A stretch of 64,000 bases of DNA from Dehalococcoidia bacterium (lineage in GTDB: Bacteria; Chloroflexota; Dehalococcoidia; Lucifugimonadales; Australimonadaceae), in assembly GCA_965261385.1 (NCBI GenBank), contig CBDHDB010000002.1, positions 1,850,314 to 1,914,313 on the forward strand. Direction: 5' to 3'. Each line of letters starts with the position of its first letter. Positions within the stretch are counted from its first letter, which is position 1. Positions 37,212-47,220 of the stretch are shown one piece after another. The notes under the pieces are model-generated. The model saw only the letters and a list, made by a program, of their open reading frames with translations, made no database searches and had not been told where the DNA came from. The position numbers and the translations under genes are program-made.

Positions 37212-37982
37212 CTACCCCGCCCGCGCGCCCAGGATAATCATGTGCACTTCACCGGGGCCATGCACCCCGATAGTGAGCGTCTGTTCGATGTCCGCGGTGC
37301 GCGACGGGCCGGAGATGAAGTTGAAGTAGTTGGGGCCGCGGGTCCTGGCCTGCATCCCGTTGAGCCGCATGATTGCGAAGAAATCGTCCAGGGTCTCGAC
37401 GACCTGCTCCGGCTCGATGAGCAGCGCCAGCACCGGCGGGGCCAGCGACGCGAGACGCGCAACGCCCTTGCGCGGGATGACCGCGCAGCTCGCCGTCTCC
37501 GCCACCGCGTAGGAAACCCCGGTAATGCCCATGTCCGAGCGGAACGCGACCTCCTTCAAGTCGACGCGACGCCGCGACCGGCTTGACCTGCCCGAGGCCA
37601 AGATTGTCGGCGAAGCTCCCACGGAGCGGAGCGCGCCGTCCACGTCCACGCGATTGAATACGTCCTCGAAGGAGCGGATGACGCTCTTGGCGCCAACGCT
37701 CCGGGCGATTCCCGCAACGGCGGAGGCGGCCTCGGCGTCGCTGTTGACGCGGTGCACGTTCCACGAGGCCGCTGCGGCGGTCTGGGCGAGCCGTTCGACG
37801 CTCTGCTCCCGCCGCGCCTCATTCCTCGCGAGGACCGTCCTGATCTTCTCGGCCTGGCGCGTCGAGTTGGCTTTCAGCGGAGGGTGGTCGGGAGCGTAGA
37901 GGATGGGCTCGGTACGACCGAGGGCCTCGCGGACGCGTTGAAGGAAGGCTGCCTTGTTGGAGTGCTCTTCGGGCGTCGGCAT
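37212..37982 (-). CDS. lutC: lactate utilization protein C (LUD domain)
   Basis: Last gene of a lutA-lutB-lutC order. ITGVSYAVAETASCAV is a LUD-domain pattern. Confidence 0.75.
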   Translation of the reverse strand: MPTPEEHSNKAAFLQRVREALGRTEPILYAPDHPPLKANSTRQAEKIRTVLARNEARREQSVERLAQTAAAASWNVHRVNSDAEAASAVAGIARSVGAKSVIRSFEDVFNRVDVDGALRSVGASPTILASGRSSRSRRRVDLKEVAFRSDMGITGVSYAVAETASCAVIPRKGVARLASLAPPVLALLIEPEQVVETLDDFFAIMRLNGMQARTRGPNYFNFISGPSRTADIEQTLTIGVHGPGEVHMIILGARAG

Positions 37983-37985
37983 CGC

Positions 37986-39443
37986 CTAGCCCTGACCGCC
38001 GCTTCCGTCGGCAAGCTCGTCCCTCCATATCTTGGCGAAGGACTTGGGCGCCGGCTCCGGGAAGTCGCGGCTGGCGGTCCAGCCGCCCACCATCGGAACG
38101 GGAACGAGTCCCGCGAGCCTGCCCCGGCGTGTGGTCATTCTCTGCGCGATCCTGCCCCACCGCGCCTTGCCTTCCAACGCCTTCCGGCTGCGCATCGCCG
38201 TATGCCATTGGCGTATGAACAGCCGCTCCATCCAAGTGGAGCTGCTCTCGCCGGGGCCGCCCTCGGCGACCTTCCGGCGGAGGTGCAACAGGAGCTTGGG
38301 GATGTCGATCTTCACGGGGCAAACGTCGCGGCACGCGCCGCACAGCGTTGACGCGTAAGGGAGGTCGCGCGCGACCTTCATGTCGGTCATGGGGGGAGTG
38401 ACGATGGCGCCGATGGGGCCCGAGTACACCCAGCCGTAGGCATGACCGCCGATCCTCTGGTAGACGGGGCAGTGGTTCAGACAAGCGCCGCACCGGATGC
38501 AGCGCAGCGCCTCGCGAAGCGTCTCGTCCTTCAGGAGGTTGAGCCTGCCGTTATCGACGAGTATCAGGTGGAACTCCTCCGGGCCGTCCTCGTCGCTCTG
38601 ACCGCGAGGGCCGCCCACGAAGGTGTTGTAGCTGGTGATGCGCTGGCCCGTAGCCGAGCGCGGCAGCAGACGGAGGAAGAGGGCAAGGTCCTCGATGGCG
38701 GGCAGGAGCTTCTCCATGCCCGCGAGGACGACGTGCACGCGCGGGGCGGACGTGGTCATGCGGCCGTTGCCCTCGTTCGTGACGATGCAGACGGTGCCAG
38801 TCTCGGCGACGACGAAGTTCGCGCCGCTGATGCCCATCTCGGCCGCCTCAAACTTCTCGCGAAGGGCATCGCGCGCGTAGGTGCAGAGACGTTTGATGTC
38901 CTGGGTCGGCGCGGTCTTCAGCCACTCCTGGAAGAGGTCGGAGACCTCCTGGCGGGTCTTGTGCATGGCCGGGGCGATGATGTGGAAGGGCGTCTCGCCG
39001 GCAAGCTGGATAATGTACTCGCCGAGGTCCGTCTCGACAGGCTCGATGCCCTCGCGCTCCAGGACATGGTTGACGCCCATCTCCTCGGAGACCATCGACT
39101 TGCTCTTGATGACCGTCTTAACGTTGTTGCGACGCGCGATGTCGAGGACGATCCGGTTGGCTTGTTCGGCGTCGTCGGCAAAATAGACGTGGCCCCCGTT
39201 GCGGCGGACGTTCTTATCGACGAGGTCCAGGTAGTAGTCGAGGTTCTCGATGACGGACTGCTTGATGGCGGCGGCGCGGTCCCGCATGGCGTCCCAGCTC
39301 TCGTCCCCGAAGTCGTTCTCGATGCTCGATGCGCGCGCTTCGACGAAGTGCTTCATGACGTGGTCGAGCGAGTGCTGGAGCTTGTCGTCGTGGACGGCGC
39401 GGGCCGACGCCTTCTTGAAATCGGCGGACTTGACCTCAGCCAT
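37986..39443 (-). CDS. lutB: lactate utilization protein B (4Fe-4S, LUD domain)
   Basis: CIRCGACLNHCPVY and CGACRDVCPV ferredoxin motifs. ATG 39443 overlaps the lutA stop by 8 nt. Confidence 0.85.
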   Translation of the reverse strand: MAEVKSADFKKASARAVHDDKLQHSLDHVMKHFVEARASSIENDFGDESWDAMRDRAAAIKQSVIENLDYYLDLVDKNVRRNGGHVYFADDAEQANRIVLDIARRNNVKTVIKSKSMVSEEMGVNHVLEREGIEPVETDLGEYIIQLAGETPFHIIAPAMHKTRQEVSDLFQEWLKTAPTQDIKRLCTYARDALREKFEAAEMGISGANFVVAETGTVCIVTNEGNGRMTTSAPRVHVVLAGMEKLLPAIEDLALFLRLLPRSATGQRITSYNTFVGGPRGQSDEDGPEEFHLILVDNGRLNLLKDETLREALRCIRCGACLNHCPVYQRIGGHAYGWVYSGPIGAIVTPPMTDMKVARDLPYASTLCGACRDVCPVKIDIPKLLLHLRRKVAEGGPGESSSTWMERLFIRQWHTAMRSRKALEGKARWGRIAQRMTTRRGRLAGLVPVPMVGGWTASRDFPEPAPKSFAKIWRDELADGSGGQG

Positions 39444-40248
39444 CGGCGCCCCCCTCGGCGAGGAGCTCGGCGATGTGGACGGCGCGGGCGCGCATCCCCT
39501 GGCGCTCCATCGCCCCGCGGATGTGCATGAGGCATCCGCAGTCGTTCGCGACAAGCGTATCCGCGCCGGAGCTCTCGATGTTCTTCAGCTTCTGCTCCAG
39601 AATGGCGGTCGAGATGTGGGGAAACTTCACGGAGAAGAGGCCGCCGAAGCCGCAGCAGGCCTCGGACTCGTCCATCTCCTGAAGCTCGACGCCGGCGACG
39701 TTCTCAATGAGCTGACGCGGCTCCTTGGAGATGCGGAGCTCGCGCAGCAGGTGGCAGGCGTCGTGGTAGGTCACGAGGCCGCCGGAAGCCGCGCCCACGT
39801 CCGAGACTCCGACAACGTTCACGATGTAGTCGCTCAACTCGCGCGTCTTCTCGCCGACGGCTTTGGCGCGTTCGAGGTTCTCGGGATCGTCTTCGAAGAG
39901 CTCCTTGTAGTAGACCTTGACCATGCTGGCGCAGGAGCCGGACGGGATGATCACGTGCTCTTCATTCTCGAAAACGTCGAGGAAGTGCTTGGCGACGTCC
40001 GCAGCCTCGGCGCGGAAACCCCCGTTGAAGGCGATCTGCCCGCAGCAAGTCTGATCCTCGGGAAACCCAACGTCGACGCCGAGGCGGCGCAGCACCTTGA
40101 CCGCCGCCACGCCCACCTCCGGGTAAAACTGGTCGACGAGACAGGTCGCGCACAGGGCCGCCCGAAACTTGGGCAGCGGCTGCCCTCTTCTTCTTGTTCG
40201 TCCTGAGCCCGTCCAAGGGCGGCCGCGTCGTCGAGCCACGAGAGTCAA
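39436..40248 (-). CDS. lutA: lactate utilization protein A (CCG-domain Fe-S oxidoreductase)
   Basis: CATCLVDQFYPEVG...DQTCCGQ...HDACHLLRE...SEACCGFGG. The N-terminus is Arg-rich and atypical, so the true start may be downstream of 40248. Confidence 0.8.
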   Translation of the reverse strand: MTLVARRRGRPWTGSGRTRRRGQPLPKFRAALCATCLVDQFYPEVGVAAVKVLRRLGVDVGFPEDQTCCGQIAFNGGFRAEAADVAKHFLDVFENEEHVIIPSGSCASMVKVYYKELFEDDPENLERAKAVGEKTRELSDYIVNVVGVSDVGAASGGLVTYHDACHLLRELRISKEPRQLIENVAGVELQEMDESEACCGFGGLFSVKFPHISTAILEQKLKNIESSGADTLVANDCGCLMHIRGAMERQGMRARAVHIAELLAEGGADG

Positions 40249-40284
40249 GGTAACAGACGGCCAGGCGGCGTGACAACCGGCCCT

Positions 40285-40292
40285 TACCCCCA
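40285..40292. repeat. target-site duplication, left copy (TACCCCCA)
   Basis: Identical 8-mer flanks both IS ends (40285-40292 and 41718-41725). Confidence 0.85.
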
Positions 40293-41717
40293 GTACCTGT
40301 TCAGAGTTGGTGAGGAGGATTGGCTAAAAGTGGTGTTCCTAAGGGCTAGCGCTGACCGAGGCAGTTCGGTGATAGAGATGACATGGATGCCCGCATCGAC
40401 TTGGACGCCGCCCGCCGCGACGAACTCATCGCCCTCATCGTCCAGCAGCAGACGGTCATTGGGCGCTTGGAACGGCGCATTGCCCAGTTGGAGGACAAAG
40501 CCAAACCGGGCGGCCCATCGGGAATGCCCGGCCTCAAGCCACAGTCCAGCCCGAAACCTCCGGCCCCCCAGCAGCCCCGGAAGCCCCGGCCCCATGGCTT
40601 CTCCCGTCGACGGATGGCCCCCACCCACCGGGTGGAGCACGTCGTGCCCCGATTGCGGGACCCCGTTGTCCGGCGGCTGGGCCCATCGCACCCGGGAGGT
40701 CATCGACCTGCCCCGGGTCCCCGCGCAAGTCACCGAGCACGTCTTCATCGCCCGGGTTTGTCCCCGCTGCCGGCGCAACTGCCTCCCCTCGGCAGAGTTG
40801 GACAGGGCTGCCTTGGGGAAGCAGCGCCTGGGAGTCAACCTGGTCAGCCTGATTGCCACCCTGCGGGAGGAGGGGAGGCTGCCCATCCGCAGCATCCAAT
40901 GGTATCTGCGCACCGTCCATCAGTTGCGCCTCAGCGTGGGAGCCATCGTCGCAGCCACCCAGCGCACGGCGGAGAAGGCCCGGCCCGCAGTGGCGGGCAT
41001 CTTGGAGCGCATCCGCGGCAGCCCGGTGGTCCACGCCGATGAGACCGGCTGGCGGGAGAACGGCGCCAACGGCTATGTGTGGACGTTCAGCACGCCCACC
41101 GACCGCTACTTCCTGCGGCGTGGCCGAGGCAAGTCGGTGGTGGATGAAGTCCTCGGCGACGGGTTCGCGGGGGTGCTGGTCTGCGATTTCTACGCCGCCT
41201 ACCACCACTACGACGGCCCCAAACAGCGGGGCTGGGTCCATCTGCTGCGGGACATCCACGACCTGCGGGGCCTCTACCCCGATGACGGCCGGCTGGCCCA
41301 GTGGGCCGAAGCCGTCCATGGGCTTTACGCTGAGGCCAAAGCCTTCGCCCATCCCAAGGAAAAGCAGCGGCGCGCCGCACAACAGGCCTGGGAACAGCGC
41401 CTCCTGGCCCTCTGCCGTCCCTTCCTGGATGACCGCGCGGCAGCCCAGGCCAAGCTGTGCCGTCGCATCGAGCGCCACATCAAGGAACTCCTCGTCTTCG
41501 TGGGCGAACCGGCGGCGCCGTCGGACAACAACGCCGCCGAGCGCAGCCTGCGTCACTTGGTCGTGAGCCGCAAGGTCAGCGGGGGGACTCGGTCAGCGCA
41601 AGGGACCGACGCCAAGATGACCCTGACTTCGCTCTTCGGCTCCTGGCGGGCCCAAGGCCTGAATCCCCTCGCCGCCTGCCGCCAACTGCTCCTCTCTCCT
41701 CAACTCTGAACAGTTAC
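40293..41717 (+). mobile_element. IS66-family insertion sequence (single-ORF, ISBst12-like architecture), 1425 bp
   Basis: Left inverted repeat GTACCTGTTCAGAGTTG (40293-40309) matches the reverse complement of the right repeat GTAACTGTTCAGAGTTG (41701-41717) at 16/17. It has an 8-bp TSD and an IS66-type transposase inside. Confidence 0.85.
40383..41709 (+). pseudogene. IS66-family transposase, reading frame interrupted near 40641-40650
   Basis: The N-terminal leucine-zipper part (MDARIDLDAARRDELIALIVQQQTVIGRLERRIAQLED...PRPHGFSRRRMAPTHRVEHVV) is in one frame. The zinc-finger and DDE part (CPDCGTPL...VVHADETGW...VCDFYAAY...NNAAERSLR) is in the frame of ORF 40270. Removing one nt restores ...VEHV-CPDCG.... 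Confidence 0.8.
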
Positions 41718-41725
41718 TACCCCCA
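41718..41725. repeat. target-site duplication, right copy (TACCCCCA)
   Basis: See 40285-40292. Confidence 0.85.
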
Positions 41726-41840
41726 ACCCCCAATCTCGCGTACCATAGGCCCTGTGGCAGGCCCCGGACTGCGTCCCCGCAAGGAGGCGCGGGGACGCCC
41801 CCACCGACGCCCCCATGCGTGAATACACGTTTCATTCGTA

Positions 41841-41892
41841 TTCTTGATCGCGGGAAGCAGGCCACGGCCTGCTAAACACCCCCGATCAAGAA
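41841..41892. repeat. nested palindrome TTCTTGATCG...GCAGGCC-AC-GGCCTGC...CGATCAAGAA
   Basis: The 10-nt outer arms (41841-41850 and 41883-41892) are perfect inverted repeats enclosing an inner 7-bp palindrome. A third ATCAAGAA copy lies at 41949-41956. Confidence 0.6.
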
Positions 41893-41925
41893 GCCGAAAA
41901 CACCCCTTTCGGCAACAGATTTTTT
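41893..41925 (+). terminator. terminator-like hairpin plus T6 in the leader of the aldo/keto reductase gene
   Basis: GCCGAAA-ACACCCC-TTTCGGC, then AACAGA, then TTTTTT (41920-41925). It lies 87 nt upstream of the start at 42012. No + strand gene ends here. Confidence 0.3.
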
Positions 41926-42011
41926 CGTCCTTACGAGTAAAACTACCTATCAAGAAGCTGATTAGCTCCCCACTTTTGCAGGAAATCCCGAACCCTGGCT
42001 GAGGAGGCGAC

Positions 42012-43052
42012 GTGGAATATCGAGAAGTCGGCAACACAGGCATACGCATCTCAGAGATCGGTTTCGGTGGAGGCGGCAACGCCGGTCTGATGGTGCGAGG
42101 GACGCACGAACAACAGGTCGAGGCCATCTACCGAGCGTTGGAGCTGGGCATCAACTACTTCGACCAAGCGCCCGACTACGGAGACGGCCTTTCCGAGACG
42201 AACCTCGGCCGCGTGCTGAAGGAGCTGGGCGTACGTCCCTACCTCAACACGAAGATCGAGGTCCGAGCCCACAACCTGGACGACATCGCGGGGCACGTGG
42301 CTCGTTCCCTGGACGAGAGCCTGGAGCGGTTGGGCGTCGACTACGTAGACTTCCTACAGGTGCACAACGGCCCATTGCTCGACCCCCCTGAACTGGCCGG
42401 GCGGTCGTACACGCGGTTGGGTATCGACGACTACCTGAAGCCGGGCGGCGCGCTCGAGGGCCTGCAGCGGGCGCAGGCGAGCGGCAAGGCCCGCTTCATC
42501 GGCTTCATCACCCGCGGCGGCGACGTCCAGGCGGCCAAGACGCTCATCGACACCGGCTCGTTCAACCTGATCAACGCTTCGGTAAACCTGCTCAACCCGT
42601 CGGCGGGCGTACGTCCATACGGCATGCGGTTCGACGCGGACTACGGGGAGGTCCTCGGGTATGCGGCCTCCAGGGGCGTCGGCGCGGCGGTCTACAGCCC
42701 CCTCGCCGGCGGCGTCCTCACCGACCTTGGCGTCCGCGAAGGCGAGACGCACCCTCTGGCGCGCGCGCTAAACGCAGGCAATGCCGGCGACGAAGGCATG
42801 CGCCGCGCGAAGGCGCTCTCCTTCCTCTCCCATAACCTTGCGCCCGACACCCAGGAGGACGACCACAGCCTCTCCGAGGCGGCGATCCGCTTCGTCCTGT
42901 CGCTCAGAGGCGTGACCACGGCGCTTGGCGGCTTCTCCGACGCCAGACAGGTCGAAGACAACGTCGCATGCTCCGGCAAAGGGCCGCTCTCGGAACAAAA
43001 CATGATGCGCATCGAGATGGCCTGGCGGGCCAACTTCGGCGCAGAGGGCTAA
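42012..43052 (+). CDS. aldo/keto reductase
   Basis: MEYREVGNTGIRISEIGFGG...INYFDQAPDYGDGLSE. Confidence 0.9.
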   Translation: MEYREVGNTGIRISEIGFGGGGNAGLMVRGTHEQQVEAIYRALELGINYFDQAPDYGDGLSETNLGRVLKELGVRPYLNTKIEVRAHNLDDIAGHVARSLDESLERLGVDYVDFLQVHNGPLLDPPELAGRSYTRLGIDDYLKPGGALEGLQRAQASGKARFIGFITRGGDVQAAKTLIDTGSFNLINASVNLLNPSAGVRPYGMRFDADYGEVLGYAASRGVGAAVYSPLAGGVLTDLGVREGETHPLARALNAGNAGDEGMRRAKALSFLSHNLAPDTQEDDHSLSEAAIRFVLSLRGVTTALGGFSDARQVEDNVACSGKGPLSEQNMMRIEMAWRANFGAEG

Positions 43053-43187
43053 CCCCCAGCCGAGCAATAAACAACGGAGGCGCGCCATTTTGTGCGCGCC
43101 TCCGTTACAAAGCTACAGTGGCATCACCGTTTCCAGCCAGCGCATCCCAGCCGCTTTGTGCGCTCAGCCGTGCTCGATCCCCGCAGG

Positions 43188-45734
43188 CTAGAACACCTTC
43201 TCCCCGAACCAGTCGATCAGGGCGGCCTCGGGCCAGATGATGAAGAGCACGTTGTCGGTTAACACGAACTCGAAGAGGAACACGAAGCTCATCGTGATGA
43301 CCGGGGCGAAGACGCGCCAAGCGAAGAGCCAGTGGAGACGCTCGGGTGCCTCCAGCTCCCGCAGACCCTTCGGAATGAGAAGAAGCAGCATCAGCAGACC
43401 CGGAATGATGCGGAATGCCCACCCGGTTATCGTTCCAGACCAGCCCTGCGTCGTGTCCGGCCAGCCTGCGAGCGCCATAATCAGCACAAACACGGCGAAC
43501 ATTGAGGATACGACGGCGACCGGCCACGGCTTCCTCAGCGTCGCCGTCACTTGGGCGTCGATCACCAGACCTGCGGCCAGAGCTAAGGCGACAGCAAGCG
43601 CGGCGACGATCGACTCCACGGCCCCGACGCCAATGGACGATTCGATCTCGCCGGGCAATAGGGCGTTGGCGAGCGCCGCGAAACTCGCCGTCGCCATGAG
43701 CACGCCCAGGATGACGCCCACCACGGCGCTTGCCCCGATGGCGATTGGCGGCTTCACGCCGCCGCGGGCCATGAGCGTGAAGGGGATATAGCCGGCAAAG
43801 GCAATCGCTCCCCAGCGAAGCCCAACCGTGCCCGTGAGAATCAGGAAGAGCAGGAAACCAACGGCGATAAGGAAGCCGGCCTGCTTGGCGCCGGGCAGCG
43901 CGAGGCTGTGCATACCGAGGTCCATTATCTGGACAAAGCGGCCCGTTCGCTCCCGCAGGTGGAAGGACAGCTGCAGGAGCGCCAGGACGATTATCACCAC
44001 CGACATAGCCCGGGCAAACATCCAGGATTCGACTACGCGGAAGCCCAAGCTGCCGACAAAGAACGCTATCGCCCCGCCGATAATCAGCAGAATGGGTATA
44101 TTGCGCATGCTGAAGAGCGCCTGCATCAGCGAGACTGAGCGCGGGGCCGTGTCCGAGCCGCCGGCGACGGGAGGATGGGCGTCAGCCGTTGAAGGGGCGG
44201 CGGTAATCTGCGTTTGGCCCTGCGCCGACCGGGCGAAGACCAAGGCTGTTGCAACGGCGATGACGAGCAACGCGATGGTAAGGGGCCGCGCAAATATGCC
44301 AAGGTACTGGCTCTCCCCAAGGCCCGGAATCGAAACAGCCTCCACCACTGAGCGGGCCGACTGGAAGTTCCTCTCAATGATCGGCCCAAGGATGACGCCG
44401 AGCAGCAGCGGGGGGCGAGGCCACTGGAAGAGCTTCATGATGAGGCCGATGCCCGCGAAAACCAGAACGATGGGCAGCGCCAGCCAACTGGTCATCGTGA
44501 TGACGCCGCCGAGGAGCACAACAGGTATGACCACGCCAGCAATCACCGGATAGGGAATGCGCGTCAGCTTGACGAACTGCCCTGTGGCGGCGATGCCGAG
44601 CATGGTTATGATGAAGTTGCCTATAGCGAGTGTCAGCACCAGCAGGATCACGACGTCGGCCTGATCGCCGAGCAGGCGCGGGCCGGGCGTCAGGTCCATC
44701 GCAATCATCGCGACGAGCACGAACGCCCACGCCAAACCGCCCGGGACTCCGAGCGAGAGCGTGGGAATCGCCTGCCCGGCCTCCTTCGAGTTCTGGGCCG
44801 ACTCGGCGAACAGCACACCGTCGAGCGAGCCCTTGCCGAACTGGCTCTTGTCCTTGGACCAAAAGATGCCGAAGGCATAGGAGAGCCAGTCAATCACGGC
44901 GGCGCCGACGCCGGGAATCGCGCCCAGCAGCACCCCGAACACCGACTGCCTGATCATGATGGGCCAGCGCCTGAGGCCGTCTTGCGCGCCGCGTATGACC
45001 TCGCGCGTGCTGATGACCGCGTCGGGCGGCGCGACCGGCTTCCGGGCAATGGTGAGGTCGATCAGCTCCGGCAGCGCGAAGAAGCCAAGCGTAACCGCAA
45101 TGATGGGCAGCCCTCCCCAGAGCTGCGGCTGCTGGAAGACGAAGCGCACGTCGCCCGTTATGGCGTTGATGCCGACGGTGCCAAACAGCACGCCGAGCGC
45201 GCCGGCCATCAGCCCCTTCACCATGGCGCCCGCGCTCAGGGCTGACACCATGGCAATGCCGAAGAACGCCATCGCGGCAATCTCAGCAAATCCGAAGAAG
45301 AGGATGACGGGCTTGATGACGGGAACGAGCGCGGCCAGCACAATGGCGCCTATCAGCCCGCCGAGGGCGGACACGGCGTAGATGGCGCCCAGCGTGTGGG
45401 CGGCCTTCCCCTGCCTGGCGAGCTGGTGACCCTCGAGGAACGTGACCTGCGTGGCGCCGCCAGGGAGGCCGAGCAGCACCGCAGGAATCGAGTCGAGCGT
45501 GTTATTCACGCCCGTCATCGTTGCGAGCGCCACGAGGCCGATGGCGCGCTGATCGCCGCGGAAGACGTCGACGATGAAGGGGATGGAGAGCGCCATGATG
45601 ATGACGCCGCCAACTCCGGGGATGATGCCGGAGGCGGCCGCGACGAACACGGCGGCGAGCACGGCGACCCAGTAGATCGGCTCGCGCAAGTACGCAATGC
45701 CTTGCCCTATCTCGGTAAGGAAATCGCCTTCCAA
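43188..45734 (-). CDS. tctA: tripartite tricarboxylate transporter permease TctA with about 350-aa extra C-terminal membrane domain
   Basis: The N-terminal 500 aa or so are TctA-like (GIIPGVGGVIIMALSIPF..., LLGAIPGVGAAVIDWLSY). The C-terminal third has about eight further hydrophobic segments. No separate tctB ORF is present. Confidence 0.85.
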   Translation of the reverse strand: MEGDFLTEIGQGIAYLREPIYWVAVLAAVFVAAASGIIPGVGGVIIMALSIPFIVDVFRGDQRAIGLVALATMTGVNNTLDSIPAVLLGLPGGATQVTFLEGHQLARQGKAAHTLGAIYAVSALGGLIGAIVLAALVPVIKPVILFFGFAEIAAMAFFGIAMVSALSAGAMVKGLMAGALGVLFGTVGINAITGDVRFVFQQPQLWGGLPIIAVTLGFFALPELIDLTIARKPVAPPDAVISTREVIRGAQDGLRRWPIMIRQSVFGVLLGAIPGVGAAVIDWLSYAFGIFWSKDKSQFGKGSLDGVLFAESAQNSKEAGQAIPTLSLGVPGGLAWAFVLVAMIAMDLTPGPRLLGDQADVVILLVLTLAIGNFIITMLGIAATGQFVKLTRIPYPVIAGVVIPVVLLGGVITMTSWLALPIVLVFAGIGLIMKLFQWPRPPLLLGVILGPIIERNFQSARSVVEAVSIPGLGESQYLGIFARPLTIALLVIAVATALVFARSAQGQTQITAAPSTADAHPPVAGGSDTAPRSVSLMQALFSMRNIPILLIIGGAIAFFVGSLGFRVVESWMFARAMSVVIIVLALLQLSFHLRERTGRFVQIMDLGMHSLALPGAKQAGFLIAVGFLLFLILTGTVGLRWGAIAFAGYIPFTLMARGGVKPPIAIGASAVVGVILGVLMATASFAALANALLPGEIESSIGVGAVESIVAALAVALALAAGLVIDAQVTATLRKPWPVAVVSSMFAVFVLIMALAGWPDTTQGWSGTITGWAFRIIPGLLMLLLLIPKGLRELEAPERLHWLFAWRVFAPVITMSFVFLFEFVLTDNVLFIIWPEAALIDWFGEKVF

Positions 45735-45910
45735 GTCCAGTCTCCCGGCGCTAACGCGCTATCTTCTAACGGCTCTTATCCCCACGCTCAACCACGCTGC
45801 ACTTGTCAGAGAAGCGGCCCCGAAGAGTCCTGCTACGGAGCTAGCGGGGCCGCGATTCTAACCTAAAGCGAGGGCCGCCTGGCAAATCACTCAAGCCGCC
45901 CTCCGATTCT

Positions 45911-47185
45911 CTATCTCACGTACTTCTCGAACACGTCCTGAGCTACCCCGTCGATGACGTCTTTGTTGTCGATGAACGAGTTCGTGGTGTCGGTCAGCTC
46001 CTGTTGGGCTGTGTCACCGTGGGTGAAGATGTTCTTAATGCCGGTGAAGTTCTCCATGGAGGAGGCGAACTCCTCGTTGGCCATCGCGTCGGCGAGCGCG
46101 TTGCGCAGCGCTGCGGTCACGCCATCCGGAATCCCCGGCGGCCCGATGATGTTCTTGGACGCATAGTTCCGAGGACCTTGCATCGCAACCCATAGATCGA
46201 GGTCGTCGCCTTCCAGATAGGCGTCGCCGACGTTGGGGCAGTGGAAGTCCCTCTCGCCGTTGTGGCCGAGGTCAAACCCGGGCATGGACAAGTCGGCGAA
46301 CGGTTTGATGAACCCGCTCCCCGTCCAGCCGGGCCTGGTCCGGGGGTACTGGTCCCAGATCGTGCCGGAGACCCAGGAGTTGACGTCGCCGCGCTCGATC
46401 ATGACGTACTGCTCAGCGGAGCCCGCTGCGGCGAGGTTCCTGATTTCCAGAGGGACGTTGAATTTGTTCGATATCCAGCCGACGGGGGTCGTTGCGCCGA
46501 GGTCGGCTGGCGTCGGGGCCGACGTGCCTATGGTGAGGGTATAGTCGCCATCCCACGCGTCTTCGAAGCAGTCATAGGGCACGTAGTCGCGCGCGACCCA
46601 GACGCCTTCCTGACCGGAGGTCACGCCAATCATCGTGACCTCGCGCAGGTCGAAATCGGCGCCGGGGAGGAACTGGTCGAAGATGCCGGGCGTCGCCTCG
46701 AGCCCCAGCGTCAGGCCATCCGCCTTCGAGTTCCATACGAAGTTCCGCTCAATCAGCACCGGGGTCATGTTCGTGACTACGATACGAGGGTTGCCGGGGA
46801 TAAAGGTCGGCCATGCTCGCGACATGAACCGCGCCTGCGCGTCCGTACCGCCACCGGGGTTGAACCCGACCATCATGCGGATCGTCTTGCCACTAAAGTA
46901 AGCCTCCGCGTCGAAGTCAGGGTCTGCCGGGACCTCAGGCGCCGCAGTTGCTGTCGGCGGTGGCGTGGGCGTCACCGGCGGCGGTGTAACGCCCGGCGGC
47001 AGCGGGGTTGGGGTAGCCGTCGGCGGGACCGCCGTCGCGGTCGGGCGCGGCGTCGCGGTCGGGTCATCTCCACCACACGCAGCCAATACGAGCGCGAGCG
47101 TCAAACTCATTGCCCCCAAGACCGCAGATCTCTTCACCAGCCTCAACATCTGTTCCTCCCTGTCAATCGACACAAGTAAGAACAC
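45911..47185 (-). CDS. tctC: TctC-like (Bug family) substrate-binding lipoprotein, paralogue 1
   Basis: Lipobox LAAC, a Pro/Thr linker, and GKTIRMMVGFNPGGGTDAQARFMS...GNPRIVVTNM, a TctC-like motif. Confidence 0.8.
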   Translation of the reverse strand: MFLLVSIDREEQMLRLVKRSAVLGAMSLTLALVLAACGGDDPTATPRPTATAVPPTATPTPLPPGVTPPPVTPTPPPTATAAPEVPADPDFDAEAYFSGKTIRMMVGFNPGGGTDAQARFMSRAWPTFIPGNPRIVVTNMTPVLIERNFVWNSKADGLTLGLEATPGIFDQFLPGADFDLREVTMIGVTSGQEGVWVARDYVPYDCFEDAWDGDYTLTIGTSAPTPADLGATTPVGWISNKFNVPLEIRNLAAAGSAEQYVMIERGDVNSWVSGTIWDQYPRTRPGWTGSGFIKPFADLSMPGFDLGHNGERDFHCPNVGDAYLEGDDLDLWVAMQGPRNYASKNIIGPPGIPDGVTAALRNALADAMANEEFASSMENFTGIKNIFTHGDTAQQELTDTTNSFIDNKDVIDGVAQDVFEKYVR

Positions 47186-47220
47186 AGCCTGGACGGCTAC
47201 CGCCTAGGTTGAGTCGCGGC

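Noticed and set aside
40270-40382. Transposase ORF start at 40270
   Set aside because: It begins upstream of the IS left end (40293) and is out of frame with the true N-terminal leucine-zipper region, which starts at 40383. It is an artefact of the frame interruption.
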